Part shown: piece by piece, positions 52,201 to 64,000 of the stretch
Position numbering within the stretch: position 1 is the first letter of the stretch
How the letters are laid out: every line of letters begins with the position of its first letter
Assembly (NCBI GenBank): GCA_028534125.1
Contig: CM052817.1
Location: forward strand, 6,512,001-6,576,000
Source of the DNA: Lama glama
Lineage: Eukaryota
Reading direction: 5' to 3'
Length of the DNA: 64,000 nt
Notes under the pieces: generated by a model
The model's database searches: none
Told to the model about the DNA's origin: nothing
Seen by the model: only the letters and a program-made list of their open reading frames with translations
Program-made: the position numbers and the translations under genes

Positions 52201-52581
52201 GCAACACCTTCAACACATAGAGTCTGGTGTTTGTAAGTGATCTCTTGCTTCGTGGCATGAGCCCCCACCCGGAATGTTGAATCTGCACCATCAGAATCCA
52301 CATTAGATACGTCCTTATGTCCTCATATAAACATCTGAGCATCAGTCAAGATTGAAAACTAAAACTTGACCTCCAGATGAGTTTTATACTCCCATGCCTA
52401 CCCCAAAAGCTCTGCTTTCTACCTTAGCGACCCTTTAGATGTTCAGCTTTGCCACATATGTACATTTTTGAGCCAGAGTAAAAGCAAAAATTAATAAATC
52501 TAGTGTAAATTGGGTTGCCAGGCTATTATTTCTCCTTCCTCAATGGAGCTGAGCAAGCCCCACTCACTCGAGAGATGACTT

Positions 52582-53591
52582 GTTAAATTTTTTTTGCTTT
52601 TCTCTCTTTTCTTTTTAAATTGAAGTATAGTCAGTTACAATGTGTCAATTTCTGGTGTACAGCATAATCTCCCAGTAATGCATATACATACATATTTTTG
52701 TTTTCATATTCTTCTTCATTAAAGATCATTACAAGATATTGAATATGGTTCCCTGTGCTATACAGAATTTTTTTTAAATCTATTTTTATATATAATGGCT
52801 AACATTTGCAAATCTCAAACTCCCAAATTTATTCCTTCCCACCCCCTATCTCTAGTAACCATAAGATTGTTTAGTATGTCTGCAAGTCTATTTCTTTTGT
52901 AGATGAGCTCATTAGTGTCCTCTTTTTTTCTTTTTCGTCGATTCCACATATGGTATTGTTCTTTCTCTTTCTGGCTTCACTTAGAATGATGATCTCCCAG
53001 GTCCATCCATGTTGCTGCAAATGGCATTATTTTATTCTTTTTTATGGGTGAGTAGTATTCCATTGTATAAATGTATCACAACTTCCTTACTCAGTCATCA
53101 GTTGATAGACATTTAGGTTGCTTCCATGTCTTGGCTACTGCATATAGTGCTGCTATGAATATTGGGGTGCATGTATCTTTTTGAATTAGAGTTCCCTCCA
53201 GATATATGCCCAAGGGTGGGATTGCTGGATGATTATGATAAGTCTGTTATTAGTTTCTTGAGGGATCTCCATACTGTTTTTCATAATGGCTGCACCAAAA
53301 TCCATTCCCACCAGCAGTGTAGGAGGGTTCTCTTTTCTCCACACCCTCTCCAGCGTTTACCATTTGTGGACTTCTGAATGATAGCTAATTTGGATTGTAG
53401 CTTTGATTTGCATTTCTCTGATAATTAGTGATATTGAGCATTCTTCCATGTGCCTATTGGCCATTTGTATGTCTTCGTTGGAGAATTGCTTGTTTAGGTC
53501 TTCTGCCCATTTTTGGATTGGGTTGCTTGCTTTTTTGTTATTAAGTTGTATGACCTGTTTGTATATTCCAGAAATTAACTGGTTAAATTTT
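52582..53591 (-). mobile_element. 5'-truncated L1 (~1 kb) with TSD
   Basis: aattgaagtatagtcagttacaatgtgtc 3' end; minus [44 protein letters not shown] is L1 ORF2; TSD gttaaatttt at 52582-52591 and 53582-53591. Confidence 0.92.
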
Positions 53592-56500
53592 GGTGATCTT
53601 ACCAAAGTTCATTAGTTTTTACAGTTCTCTTTCCCATCCATGGGACTGATCAGTACTATTACATTTGGGGAGCAGCCCCACCCTCTATTCCTAAATGACC
53701 CACTAACCCTCTGTGCATGTACTTGAGACCATGGGTATCCCTGTGCAGCTTTGGAGACATCATGCCTATGTGATTTCATCTCATCATCACAAAATGGGAC
53801 GATCAGTCTAGCTTTTCCTCAAGAGGCAAAGAATGCAAGTGTCCCTCTGGGACTGTTTTTCTGTTTTTTTGTTTTGGCATAATTCTCCACTGTAGCCCAT
53901 GAAAATGGAGGCATAGAGTGATCACAAGAGTTCCTGAACCCATGCTTATACTATGCATTGTCTCCATCCCCCCAAAATTGCCTTGCCCTTTGTAAGTTCT
54001 AATATTTTTTTCAAATGCATATTCATGATGTTTTGTGGAATAATATCCAGATGCATTTTACATTTTGATGAATACATGACAGCCTTATTATATTTTTTTC
54101 AATACGTGGGCACTAAATTTATAAACACGTTCCTGTGGTGGTTGCAAAACAGTTAGATTCTTAAAAAGGCCCTTCACACTCCAAAAGGTGATTAATCTCT
54201 GAGATACAGGCTGGGGAGTCAGGCACATGGGTCCCCGTGTCTGCCAGACAGTGGACCCCTTGAGAAGAGAAGTAACCCCTGGCGATGTCTGTGTTTCTCA
54301 CATCTCTGAGCACACGCTCCGGAACCACCTAGGAATGAAAATAAAATCTCATTCCTGAGTGTTTGCATATTCCATGCCCTAGACTTTGGATGCTGACACA
54401 GTTTATCCTCAGAATAACCCAGTGAAGGAGGTATTTTCATGATGATGATTATAGTGATGACGATGCTCTTCATTTCACATATGATGAGACAGGTCCAGAG
54501 GCACCTGGAGCTCAGAGAGATTAAGTAACCTCCTCAAGTTCACAGTGACTCAGAAGCAGAGCCCGGACTTGACCTCAAAAATGTGAATCATAAACTCCGG
54601 GTTAAACCTCATACTTTTCAAATAAAAGTGTGTCAAATCAGGGAATTAATGAATTACCTTGCAAAGCCGAGTCCTAAGCATCTCAAAAATCTCTCCTTTC
54701 ATAGCAGGGCCCCTGGGCCCCTGCACAGGGCTTCATGTCAGCCTGAGAGAAGATGGAGAGTCGGCAGGAGGAGGGTGGAGGGAGTGTGCGATGCCATTTG
54801 TTCCTCTAATAGTCCCTGTGACACCAATATTTAATTTTCTCACTGAGGATATTTCCCATTGTGTCAGCAGAGCCAAGGAAATGGCTCATTGCAGGGAAGG
54901 GCCGTATTTATGCTTCTATTAGGGAAGGAGCAGAGTGATGGTGTGCGCTGGTGCCCTCCGCCAAGAGCCGCCGGAGCTGGCATTTATTACCCACTCCCTC
55001 ATCCATCCTCCCCCACCCTGCAGGACGGGCAGCCCGTGCTCCTTGCCCTGCACTAGGTGAGGAGCACAGAGCTGGCTCTCCACGTCCTCCTGTGCACCCT
55101 GGGGCCAGTCGCTTTCCTTCTCTGAGCTAATTTTTTTTATCCGTAAAATAAGAAAAATACTCTTATATAACATGCTGGTTTTGAGGGTTAAATAGGATGA
55201 CTGGTTAAATGTCAGGCAGAAAGTTCACTGCACTCTGGTAGTACCTTGTAGATTTGACGGATTTTGTCATAGACATTGGTAAGCGGTGACTTAAAGGAAA
55301 AAGCATGGACCTGGAGCCCATTCTGACCAAGATCAAGACCTGAATCTGTCATTTACCATATTTGTGGCAATGTCACCTTGTGGAAACTTCTCATTTGCCC
55401 CAGGGGAGCCACAACATGGCTATGTCTTCCCTCTGGAGTCCTCCACCTCCCACTGTGAGTAATGCTGCCTCTCTACCTGAAAGTCCAGCACTGGGTCAGC
55501 TGGACCTGCTCTAACTTGTGGGCCATGAGGCATCAGAATTCCTGCGTTGTCCCCTGTGATTAAGTACCTGTCAAATGCAGCATCCCTTCCCCAGAGATTG
55601 CAGCCCTGCCCTGCTCTTGCCGTCTGACCACACGTACTGATTGGCTAGTGAGTGCCAGTCCCTGGGGGCACAAGGCAAGCAAAACACAGTGCCCTCCTTC
55701 AAGATCAGATTTTAGCAGAGGGAAAAAGAAAGGAAAGAGAGCAGCCGCTTCCCGGCTGTTCACTGCAGGTCAGGGACGTGGTAGTGCTCTATTTACAGCT
55801 CGTGCTGATACTGATTATTATAACTCAAATGTTTTCCGACACAATTGATTTGTCGGGGAACAGTTGGCCCATAACACCAATTTTGTGTTTACCTGGTGGA
55901 ATTCTGTCCACAAGAAACACTAACCAAAGACAACTGTGTCCACATGAACAGAGACGTACGTGAGACGCACACAAAACACCACAGACATCCAGCAGCTCCC
56001 TGGCCCATCGTGTGTGCCCTGACCCCCACTCTCCCACCCACATCCTGCATTAGGACTTCCCATCCGACTTCAGACCTTTCTTTCCCACTTTCTGATCACT
56101 CACCATATCTAAACTTCAGGTCTTTTGAAGGTCAAGGGCCATATTTACTGAAGTAAATTTTATTTCTTATGGACTTACTGTGTGTAAAATGGTGCCACCA
56201 TTTTTATTAAGTCCCTATCTTTTTTCCTTTAAATGTGTCAGTAATGAAGGTTTCCTGTGCTGGGCCAATAACCATTTTTTTTTCCTTAAGCCCTGTGGTT
56301 TTTATTGCATGATTGTTCATTGTGTAATGATTTTTAGGGACTTGTATGTCACATGGGAGCAAAATTGGCTGTACACAATCTCATTTCTCTTAGCTTAATA
56401 ATAGCAGGTGGGTATTATGTCAGTGTTGACTAGGTGGCTATCATTTTCATCAAGAAAGAATGAGGAAGCCAGGACTCCCCTTGACCCTGGTCACCGTCTA

Positions 56501-57801
56501 CTGCTTGGTAGGGCTGAAATTACAACCCAGGTTGGTCTGATTCCCAGGCGTGGCTCCTAGCCATGGTGTTTCCAGAACTGAAGAAATCAACTTCCTTATT
56601 ACTCAGGAGAGTCACAGAATCAGGATTTGCTTTTCACAGAGCATTTGAAGATTTCCAACTAAACATTTCAGAGCTTGGATGTGATCTAAGAGACTTTAAA
56701 GTGTGATGCAGTCCACTGCTTCTGTTTCAACGTTGATCCCATCTCAGAGAAGGGAATCTAGGTCTTCCATCTGGAAGAATCAAAGGTTCCTTCCCCCACG
56801 GGGTTTCACTGCCAGGTGCCTGGGTGCTGAAAGAAGCAGACGTCTTCCCTGCCTCACTCTGCCTGGGGTCCAGTGGAGGCGGCAGAGAGGAGACAAGCCC
56901 CTGCGTCATGTAGCATGGATGCTAAGAAATGGAGTCCTCTACACAGGAGACTATGGTGGGAGAGGTCAACGAGGGTCGGGACCACCTGTAAGATAGATGT
57001 AAAAATGCAGGGACCGTGAAGGAGAGGGCTGAGGATAGCATCCAGGTACACCTCTGGATTGAGGGATGAGGGAAATGTGAAGAAATAGAGGCTGGCTGTC
57101 CAGGAAATCCTTAGGAAATGTTTCACTAAAAAGCAAAGAGATTTTAATAGGCCAGGGCATGAGATTATGGGATCTTTTGTTAAAATGAGAGGAAAGGAGC
57201 CTGTGTAAATGCCAAGGCTAAGAGCAAGGAGACTGAAGTCAGGGCTGGGGGACGGTGATGGCAGGTAGAGCCAATCCCACACCCAGGAGCTTCTTTGCTG
57301 ACTCCACATCTCCAGAGGAGGGGCTGTCCAGAGCATCTTCATTACTTTTCAAAAAATTTTTAAATAATTTAATAATACTTTAGCAAATATTTTTATGATT
57401 GTTAAATATTTCTATGTGTTTATATTTAAGTTAAAATATATAGTATAAAATAAAAATGAATAATGATTTTTAATTTTAAAAAATAATTTAATAGTATTTA
57501 TTTTGATGTCCATTTAAAATATATATAGTATATATATTATGGCATGCCTTTGATTTCCCAAGACAACTCTAAGTAAAAGGAAATCAACTTAAAGAAACTA
57601 TCTGGTACAAAATAAGAACAAGTGGCAGCTACACGTGGCCCAGACTGTGCAGGTGACGCAGGAATTATCTGGGAAATACTTAGGCAGACAAATAGCTTAT
57701 TCGAAGAGTCTGTCTCCTCATTCTTAAAATGGGGCAAGATAACAACCTCACAGGTTTTTATGAGGTTGAAATTAAATGAAAACCGTGAAACCTCTCCAGT
57801 C

Positions 57802-57901
57802 NNNNNNNNNNNNNNNNNNNNNNNNNNNNNNNNNNNNNNNNNNNNNNNNNNNNNNNNNNNNNNNNNNNNNNNNNNNNNNNNNNNNNNNNNNNNNNNNNNN
57901 N
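57802..57901. other. Assembly gap (100 N)
   Basis: Run of exactly 100 N. Confidence 1.
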
Positions 57902-58396
57902 CTGCAGGTGGTGACTATGGCTATGGCTAGGACTCCCCCAATGCATTTGCCTCCTCCTCAAATTTCAGTCAATAAAAGGAACAAGTCCATTGTGAGCAAG
58001 TCAATACTTGCAGCTCAACTCACTCAGCCCTTTGCAGACAGAACCACACAAACATGAGTGCCCCATAAGTTTATCTAGCTCATACCAGCGCATGGTAGGG
58101 GCTTATCAAAAACTGTTCATGTGCCTTATTAGGATTTGAACTGCAGGTGCCCTGACGACTCCCCTCTGCTCTCACACATATGTCCTGATGAGGTCTGGTG
58201 GCACCTCCCTGGCCTAATATCCATGGATAACACTTGGACATTCAAAAAGCACTTGCCCGTAGATGGTCAGAAACTCTCACACGCATCCTGAGAGGTGCGC
58301 ACGCTCTGCTTCCTCTCACAGATGAGGTGACCGAGACAAGGGAAAGGTCAAGGGACTTCATCTCAGCGCTGCAGCTGCTCATTGGAAATGCCGGAT

Positions 58397-58636
58397 GTCA
58401 TAAGCTGCATTGTCTCTGTCTCTATCCCCAAAATTCATATCTTGAAGTTCTTCTTCTCCAGCACCTCAGAATGTGACTATATTTGAAGATAGGTTCTTCA
58501 GAGGCAGTTAAGTTAAATGAGGTCATTAGGGTGGGCTCTAATTCAGTATGACTGGTATCCTTAAAAGAAGAAGAAATTTAGAGACAGCTACGCAGGGATA
58601 ACACCACGTGAAATAAAGGCATAGATCCGGTGATGC
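58397..58636 (+). mobile_element. MLT1B/C-like LTR, 5' half only
   Basis: tccccaaaattcatatcttgaagt...cagcacctcagaatgtgactatatttgaagatagg...aagttaaatgaggtcattagggtgggctctaattcagtatgactggtatccttaaaagaag. Confidence 0.85.
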
Positions 58637-58772
58637 TGTTACCCAAAACGTAAAGACCCCAGTTCTTGTCACACCCGAAAGGTAAGTTTATAACAGGGAG
58701 ATGAAGTGTTGTGTAGTGAAAGATTTTAAAAGATTTATTTAGAAAAGGAAAGCTCCAAGAATGGGAGCCTTA
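58637..58772 (-). mobile_element. ERV1-type LTR R/U5 fragment
   Basis: Begins tgttaccc (minus-strand ...gggtaaCA LTR end); tttatt (minus-strand AATAAA) at ~58734-58739. Confidence 0.55.
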
Positions 58773-59711
58773 TAAAAAGCTGTCTCTAAGATGAAACAGA
58801 AATTCCAAAAAAACAATCTCTGTACCGCAGAGCAATCAAAGGTAAAGGCTAACTCACCTAAATGTACCCTTATGGGACCGCTGCATTCCAATGCAGCTTA
58901 ACGGTACATACGAAGGTCCCACAAGATCTCATGACACGAAAATAATTTTTCAGAAAAGAGTTGCTTTTTTTTCCCGTCTTAGAACGCAGGAAGATGTACT
59001 TCATTGCAACAAAAGAATCCATCACAAATTGTATCATTCTAAATGTAAAAGTTTAAATGAGCCAAGTTTTACCAATTCCAAAAAATTGAGTCAGTCTAGA
59101 AAATAAAATTTCCTGAGAATTAGGAAGTTAAGCATTGTGTGGACTTTCCTACCAGGTTCGCTCCTGCAGTCTCATTTAGGCACAGCGCCTGGAAAACAGG
59201 GCAAAGGATCATGTGCAATGGTGATGTGAACCGTGTTCTCAGGAAGGTCTCATGCTTCGAGTTCTCCAAGGTACCACAGGGAACATCTTCTCCAGTCCAC
59301 TGGGGTCTCCGGAAGTAAAACATAATCCCTGTAATCACCTATTACAACTGTTCGCTGTTGGATGACTGACCAGGAGTAAAGGGCAAAGTTAAACAGCAAA
59401 GACCATGTTGTCCACTTTTCCTAGGGCTGTTTTTTGATACCGTGTGTCGGACAGAGAATGACCTTATTCAGTGCCGCTATTCAGAAAACTTTCTTGAAGA
59501 TTCCTAGCTCCAATCTACGCTCTTTGCAAGTGAATTCCATTCCAGTGTGTTTACTAAAAGTCTCCTCCAGGGCAAGCCCTGCGCTGGGAGTGGCTGACAG
59601 TGGGAGGCAGAAGACAGTGTTTGCAGAGGGATAAACCTGGTGCTTGGGGTTAAGGAGGAGGCTGGATTAGGGCAGGTAAGGGCAGACTGCGACAAGACAC
59701 CTGAGTCCTGC

Positions 59712-60077
59712 TGTACTAGTTTGCTAGGGCTTCTGTAAAAATAGCACCACAAACTGAGGGACTTAAACAGTGGATTTTTTTTTTTTTTTTGTCTCACAGT
59801 TCTGGAGTCTAGGAGTCCGAAAGCAAAGTGGCAGCAGTGGGGAAGGATCAATTCCAGACCTCTCTCCTTGGCTTATAATGATCATCGTCTACCTATGTCT
59901 CTGTGTGACTCCAAATTTTCCTTTTTCATAAGGGTACCAGTCATGCTGGCTCGCGCTCCCCCAGTGACCTCGCTTGAACTTGATTTCTCCTTATAGACCC
60001 TACCTCCAAGTGCGATCACATCGTGGGGGAATGCGGGTTAGGACCGAAAAATATTAATTTGGGGGGACACAATAACA
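59712..60077 (-). mobile_element. MLT1A-like LTR
   Basis: tgtactagtttgctagggct...caccacaaactgagggacttaaac...tctcacagttctggagtctaggagtcc...aatttggggggacaca. Confidence 0.85.
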
Positions 60078-60579
60078 CAAACCAAGGAGCACAGAATTTG
60101 GTCCAGACTTAGCAGAGAAGCACGAGTGAGGTGGAGTGCTGGATCTGTCACTCAGGACAGTCGGGAGGAAATACTGGAAGATGAGTGAGGGAACTATTGC
60201 CTTGTCTTAGGATAAACATTTTTAGGGGATGAAGAAAAGGTGCTCTGTTTTGCAGCCTTTATGAGAATCCTTATTTTTTAACCCTTTTTTTTTCTTGTAA
60301 ATTTTGAATCCCTATCAATTTTACCCAGGACACTTATTACACTAAAGTGATGAATTTTTTCCCCCACCAAAATTAAAGAATTTATAAAATACTCAAAACC
60401 CAATAGAGTGACCTGAAGAGAGACTAGAATTAAACAATACAAGACAGGAACAACTCTTTTACAAGACATAAACTCAGGTGCAAAATAGGCCACATTATTT
60501 TTCTGTAACTCAGTATGATCTCTAGAACTTTACACTTGGTGATTTAAGACTCCAGCCAGGCACTTCAACGATACATCAC

Positions 60580-61330
60580 TGTCTGAGTTTTCTGTGGCTT
60601 CTGTCAAAGTACCACAAAGCCCTTTCATTGTCTCATAGGTCTCAAGGCTCGAAGTCCAAGATCAAAGCGTTGGCAGGGTCGGTTCCTCCTGTTGGCTGGA
60701 AGGGAAGTGTCTGGCAGCAAACCTCTCTCTTGGGCTTGTAGACAGATGTGGTTTGGGGGTCAATGGTGTTGAACAAATTCCTGTGTTGAAGCCCTAACCC
60801 CCAGAATACGACTGTGTTTGGAGATAGGGTTTCTAAAGAGGTGATTAAGTTAAATGGGGTCGATGGGTGGGCCCAGTTCCAGTAACATGACTGAAAGAGG
60901 AGAGTCGGACCCAGACACCCGTGGGGAGAGCGTATGCAGACACAGGAAGAAGACAGCCTTCGAAAAGCCAAGGAGAGAGGCCTTGGGAGAAATCCATCCA
61001 GCTGACATTTTGATCCCTGACTTCTGAAACAGAGCTGTGAGAAAACACACTTCTGTTTTCTAAGCCTTCCAGCCAGCGGCACCTTGTTATGGAGCAGACT
61101 CACGGGATCGCCTTCTCCCTTCGTCTCTACACTGTCTTCTCTCCATGTGTGTCAAGGGTCCTCCTTTGTACTGGGACACCAGTCATACTGCATTAGGGCT
61201 CAGCTAATGGCCACACTTTAACCCGACTACCTGTGTAAAGACCCCTTTTGCAAACAAGGTCACGTCTGGAGGTACTGGGCATCAGGACTTCAACAAGTGC
61301 CCTTCGGGGATCACACTTCGACCCATAACA
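60580..61330 (-). mobile_element. MLT1 LTR (outer), interrupted at ~60748-61101
   Basis: aaagtaccacaa...gaagtccaagatcaaagcgttggcagggtc...ggcttgtaga | cgccttctccct...gtaaagaccccttttgcaaacaaggtcac...cccataaca. Confidence 0.8.
60748..61101 (+). mobile_element. MLT1A-like LTR (inner, opposite orientation)
   Basis: tgtggttt...caaattcctgtgttgaagccctaacccccag...gtttggagatagggtttctaaagaggtgattaagttaaatg...ctgtgagaaaacacacttctgtttt. Confidence 0.85.
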
Positions 61331-62764
61331 GCTGTCATTTCAGCTTTACACGCTGTTGAAGTACTCTTTTCTTCCAAGCTACTGGAACTGGCCAATAAAA
61401 GTAATAAGTGAGAGCTTCAGTTTCCTGACCTCGGAGGAAATGAGGGGCGAGAACACCCATGTCTGACACAGATCGCTGAATTTCCATGGCCCGCAATCAC
61501 TGTAACTTTCGTTAAATGCTTGCGTTGTTTCTCTTAGAGAAAATGAACCTGATTGATTCCAGCCAGTATTAAGGAAAAAGGCCCCTGGATTTCCCTTCAC
61601 ATGAATGTTGAGTGTTCCAGTGTCATAAAGCTGCATTCATAGCAGCGCTTCGCTGAGGGCTACAGTTAGAGCCGACCTGCCCAGGAGGGGAGGCCACTCA
61701 GATTGCCAAGAACAGTATCACTGGCGGCAGGTCTGGGCAGCAAGTCTGCGAACAGAGGCAAAAGCCTGCAGGAGGGATTTGTTCTCCAGTCTGGCTCGCA
61801 TCCTCCGGGTAAGGCTGTTACCAATGTTAATATTGACGCTTGGCAGGGTGTGAGCGAAAGTCCAGGCTTTCCAACCGGGCAGCCCCTGGTCACGTCCCTG
61901 CACTGAGATGAACTTGTAGCCTGGAGCCCTGTCCACGGCAGCTCCAGCTGAAATGGGTTAATGAGTCCTGCCTTGCCTATGAAGATGAAATGGGGTATGC
62001 ACGTTGACTTTTAGTAAATGTCAAAAACATGAAAAACAGCAAAAACAAAAAATGCCGAGTCCTTTCCCTGCTGTACAATTTACAGAAGGGGCTTAGCTGA
62101 AGACGTGGTACACCTTCAGGGCAGTTAAACCAGAAAGGAAGACACCCTAGTTGTGCCTTCCTCCCCTCCACGCTCACTGCCCCTGTGTTAACAGTCCTCA
62201 ATGAGGAAGGCGCAGTATAATAAGCCATTCAGTTAGGAATTCATTTCTAAAGTAGGGAAAGCTGATTCATTTGTTAATGGATGAACGTACTTACAGGTTA
62301 ATGAATTTTATAACTTGGTTAAATGCTGTACCTGCTCAATGAGGTTTTATTTTATGCATATTCACTCAGCACAGACATTCATTTCCTAAACTGCACTTTA
62401 TGAATATTTATTTAGCATGGTTTCACTTTTTGGCGTAGCGATGTATTTAGTGCCCCTCTCTGCATTCTGACGTTGTCTGGCAAGCAGTAAGAAGCAGAGC
62501 AGGGACGCCTGCTCTGTGCCTCCACCCTCCAAAGAAGTGAGCGCTCTGCTTTTCAGAATAATGGTCTGCTTTGTACTAAAAGGAAAAATCAAAACAGTAA
62601 CAAAACACAATGCTAGTGAGTGAATTAGTAAGTTGACACTGTTGTAGGAATGAAAGAATGACCATCAGGAGGTGGACACAAAGGTGGGATTCTTAAAAGA
62701 TCAGACCCACTATATACTGTTGGTTTAAAGCTGGATATTAACTCAGTTTTGCACCCATTTTGAT

Positions 62765-63000
62765 ATCATTTATTGAGTATCAATGCTGCTGGGGGATTTT
62801 TTTTTTAAATGCGTAACACGAATTAGCTCATGTAACCTTTACACCACTGCTAATGATGGTATGATACCCCTTTTACAGATGAGAAGAGTAAGTTGCAGAG
62901 GAAACAAATTTCCAAAGTCATTAAGGAGTGGGGGGGCTTAGCACGGCCCCGAGCTGCCTGAGCCAGCGTGTCGGTCATAGTGCTGTGCGCTCAAGAGCGG
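62765..63000 (-). mobile_element. MIR SINE
   Basis: catttattgagtatc...aattagctcatgtaacctttacacc...ccccttttacagatgagaagagtaag. Confidence 0.7.
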
Positions 63001-63084
63001 GGGCAGGCTAGGAGCAGAGCGGGCGGGCTTTGGCTCGGTGTCATGGACCGCCTGGCGGGGGGTGAGAGAACAGCAGTGACGATA

Positions 63085-63320
63085 CGTCATGTTTGTTGAG
63101 GGCTTATTAGGGGTCAGGCAACTCACACGCAATACCCTGCTTAGTCCTCACAGCAAGCCGCTGCAACAGGCGGTATGTTCTCATTTTACAAAGAGGCAGT
63201 TGGGGCAAGGAGAATTTAAGTAACTTGTCTAAGTTCAAAGAGCTAAGAAGCGATGGAGCCAGGAGCCCAGGATCACTTCTGCTCTGCTGACTCCCGCTGG
63301 ACTCGGGCGCTGAGGCTGCA
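63085..63320 (-). mobile_element. MIR SINE
   Basis: tttgttgagggcttattaggggtcaggca...cttagtcctcacagcaagcc...ctcattttacaaagaggcagttggggc...aagtaacttgtctaag...agctaagaag. Confidence 0.75.
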
Positions 63321-64000
63321 GGCACCTGTCCCGCCCTGAGCAGACGGAGCTCGGACCTCGGGACACATCTTGTGCTTACAGGATGTCCTGGGGCCCTTTC
63401 GGGAGCTGGTGTATCACAAAATCAAAGGCAAGGCTTACAGATTCTTCTCAGGAGCCTAAAATAAAATTTTATTTACCTTTTAGTTGATTTTTTAACTGAA
63501 GACGCATGTGGAAAGAATGTCTAAGGTGGCCTGCTGCAATGTGTATAGAAGCCATTAACACAAACTGATGGTTCATGAAAGCCGCCATTATCACAAGAAC
63601 GCAGAAACTTCGCACCCCACCTTGCTGTGATGCAACACCTGCTCAGGGGCCAAGAAGCCCTGAAAGTTTCGTACAATGAAGGAATCAGGGCACATTACGT
63701 GCATGTATGTACACGTACTTGTCAGCATCAGAGCTTGTCCTTCAGAGAGGCACGTTGAGGTGAGCTAGAGAACAAAAAATATTAAAGATTTTTAGAAATG
63801 ATGCCTTAGTCAACAAAATCCCTTTTAAGAAGGTAACTCAGTAAGTTGCATTGTTCCTCAGAGAATAGTATAATTCTTCCCGACTTACAGGAACAGGGAA
63901 CAGCGCCTGCTGCCTGTATTTCACAGTGCAGATAAAGCCTGAGGGGAAGTCTGCTGGGACTCTCCCGGTGTCCTCGTGTATTCCAAAGGAGCCTTTTAAA

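Noticed and set aside
57350..57540. Extremely AT-rich tract with local palindromes
   Set aside because: Low complexity; self-complementarity is expected from composition
386..63325. ORFs in the six-frame track as protein-coding genes
   Set aside because: All are short with no recognisable cellular domain; the recognisable ones (2860-3090, 7527-7784, 53357-53605, 45694-46065) are decayed L1 ORF2
1..64000. CRISPR arrays, prokaryotic operons, NUMT, or viral gag/pol/env coding sequence
   Set aside because: No regularly spaced repeats, gene-dense segment, mitochondrial-like sequence or retroviral ORF was seen

Overview
Mammalian genomic DNA, most likely camelid: it carries three Vic-1-type tRNA-derived SINEs and camelid/artiodactyl-style L1 3' ends, and I saw no Alu, BovB, Bov-tA, PRE1 or CAN SINEs. 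It reads as intronic or intergenic, with no recognisable protein-coding exon, rRNA or true tRNA. The ORF track is chance ORFs, microsatellites and decayed L1/LTR sequence. Much of the window is interspersed repeats (MIR, L2, L1 of several ages, MLT1/ERVL/ERV1 LTRs, hAT MITEs), often nested, between repeat-free TAAT-rich blocks that may be conserved enhancers. There is a 100-N gap at 57802-57901. Most notable observations: (1) a multi-hairpin element resembling MER135 at ~26004-26148; (2) a 60-nt three-stem pseudoknot with HDV-ribozyme-like topology but a non-canonical core at 58862-58925; (3) a perfect 18-bp inverted repeat inside an old L2; (4) a both-ends-intact L1/HAL1-type element lacking almost all coding sequence; (5) an intact solo ERV1-type LTR; (6) three twin-primed L1 insertions. 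Repeat family names come from memory of consensus sequences, and boundaries are approximate unless a TSD is given.
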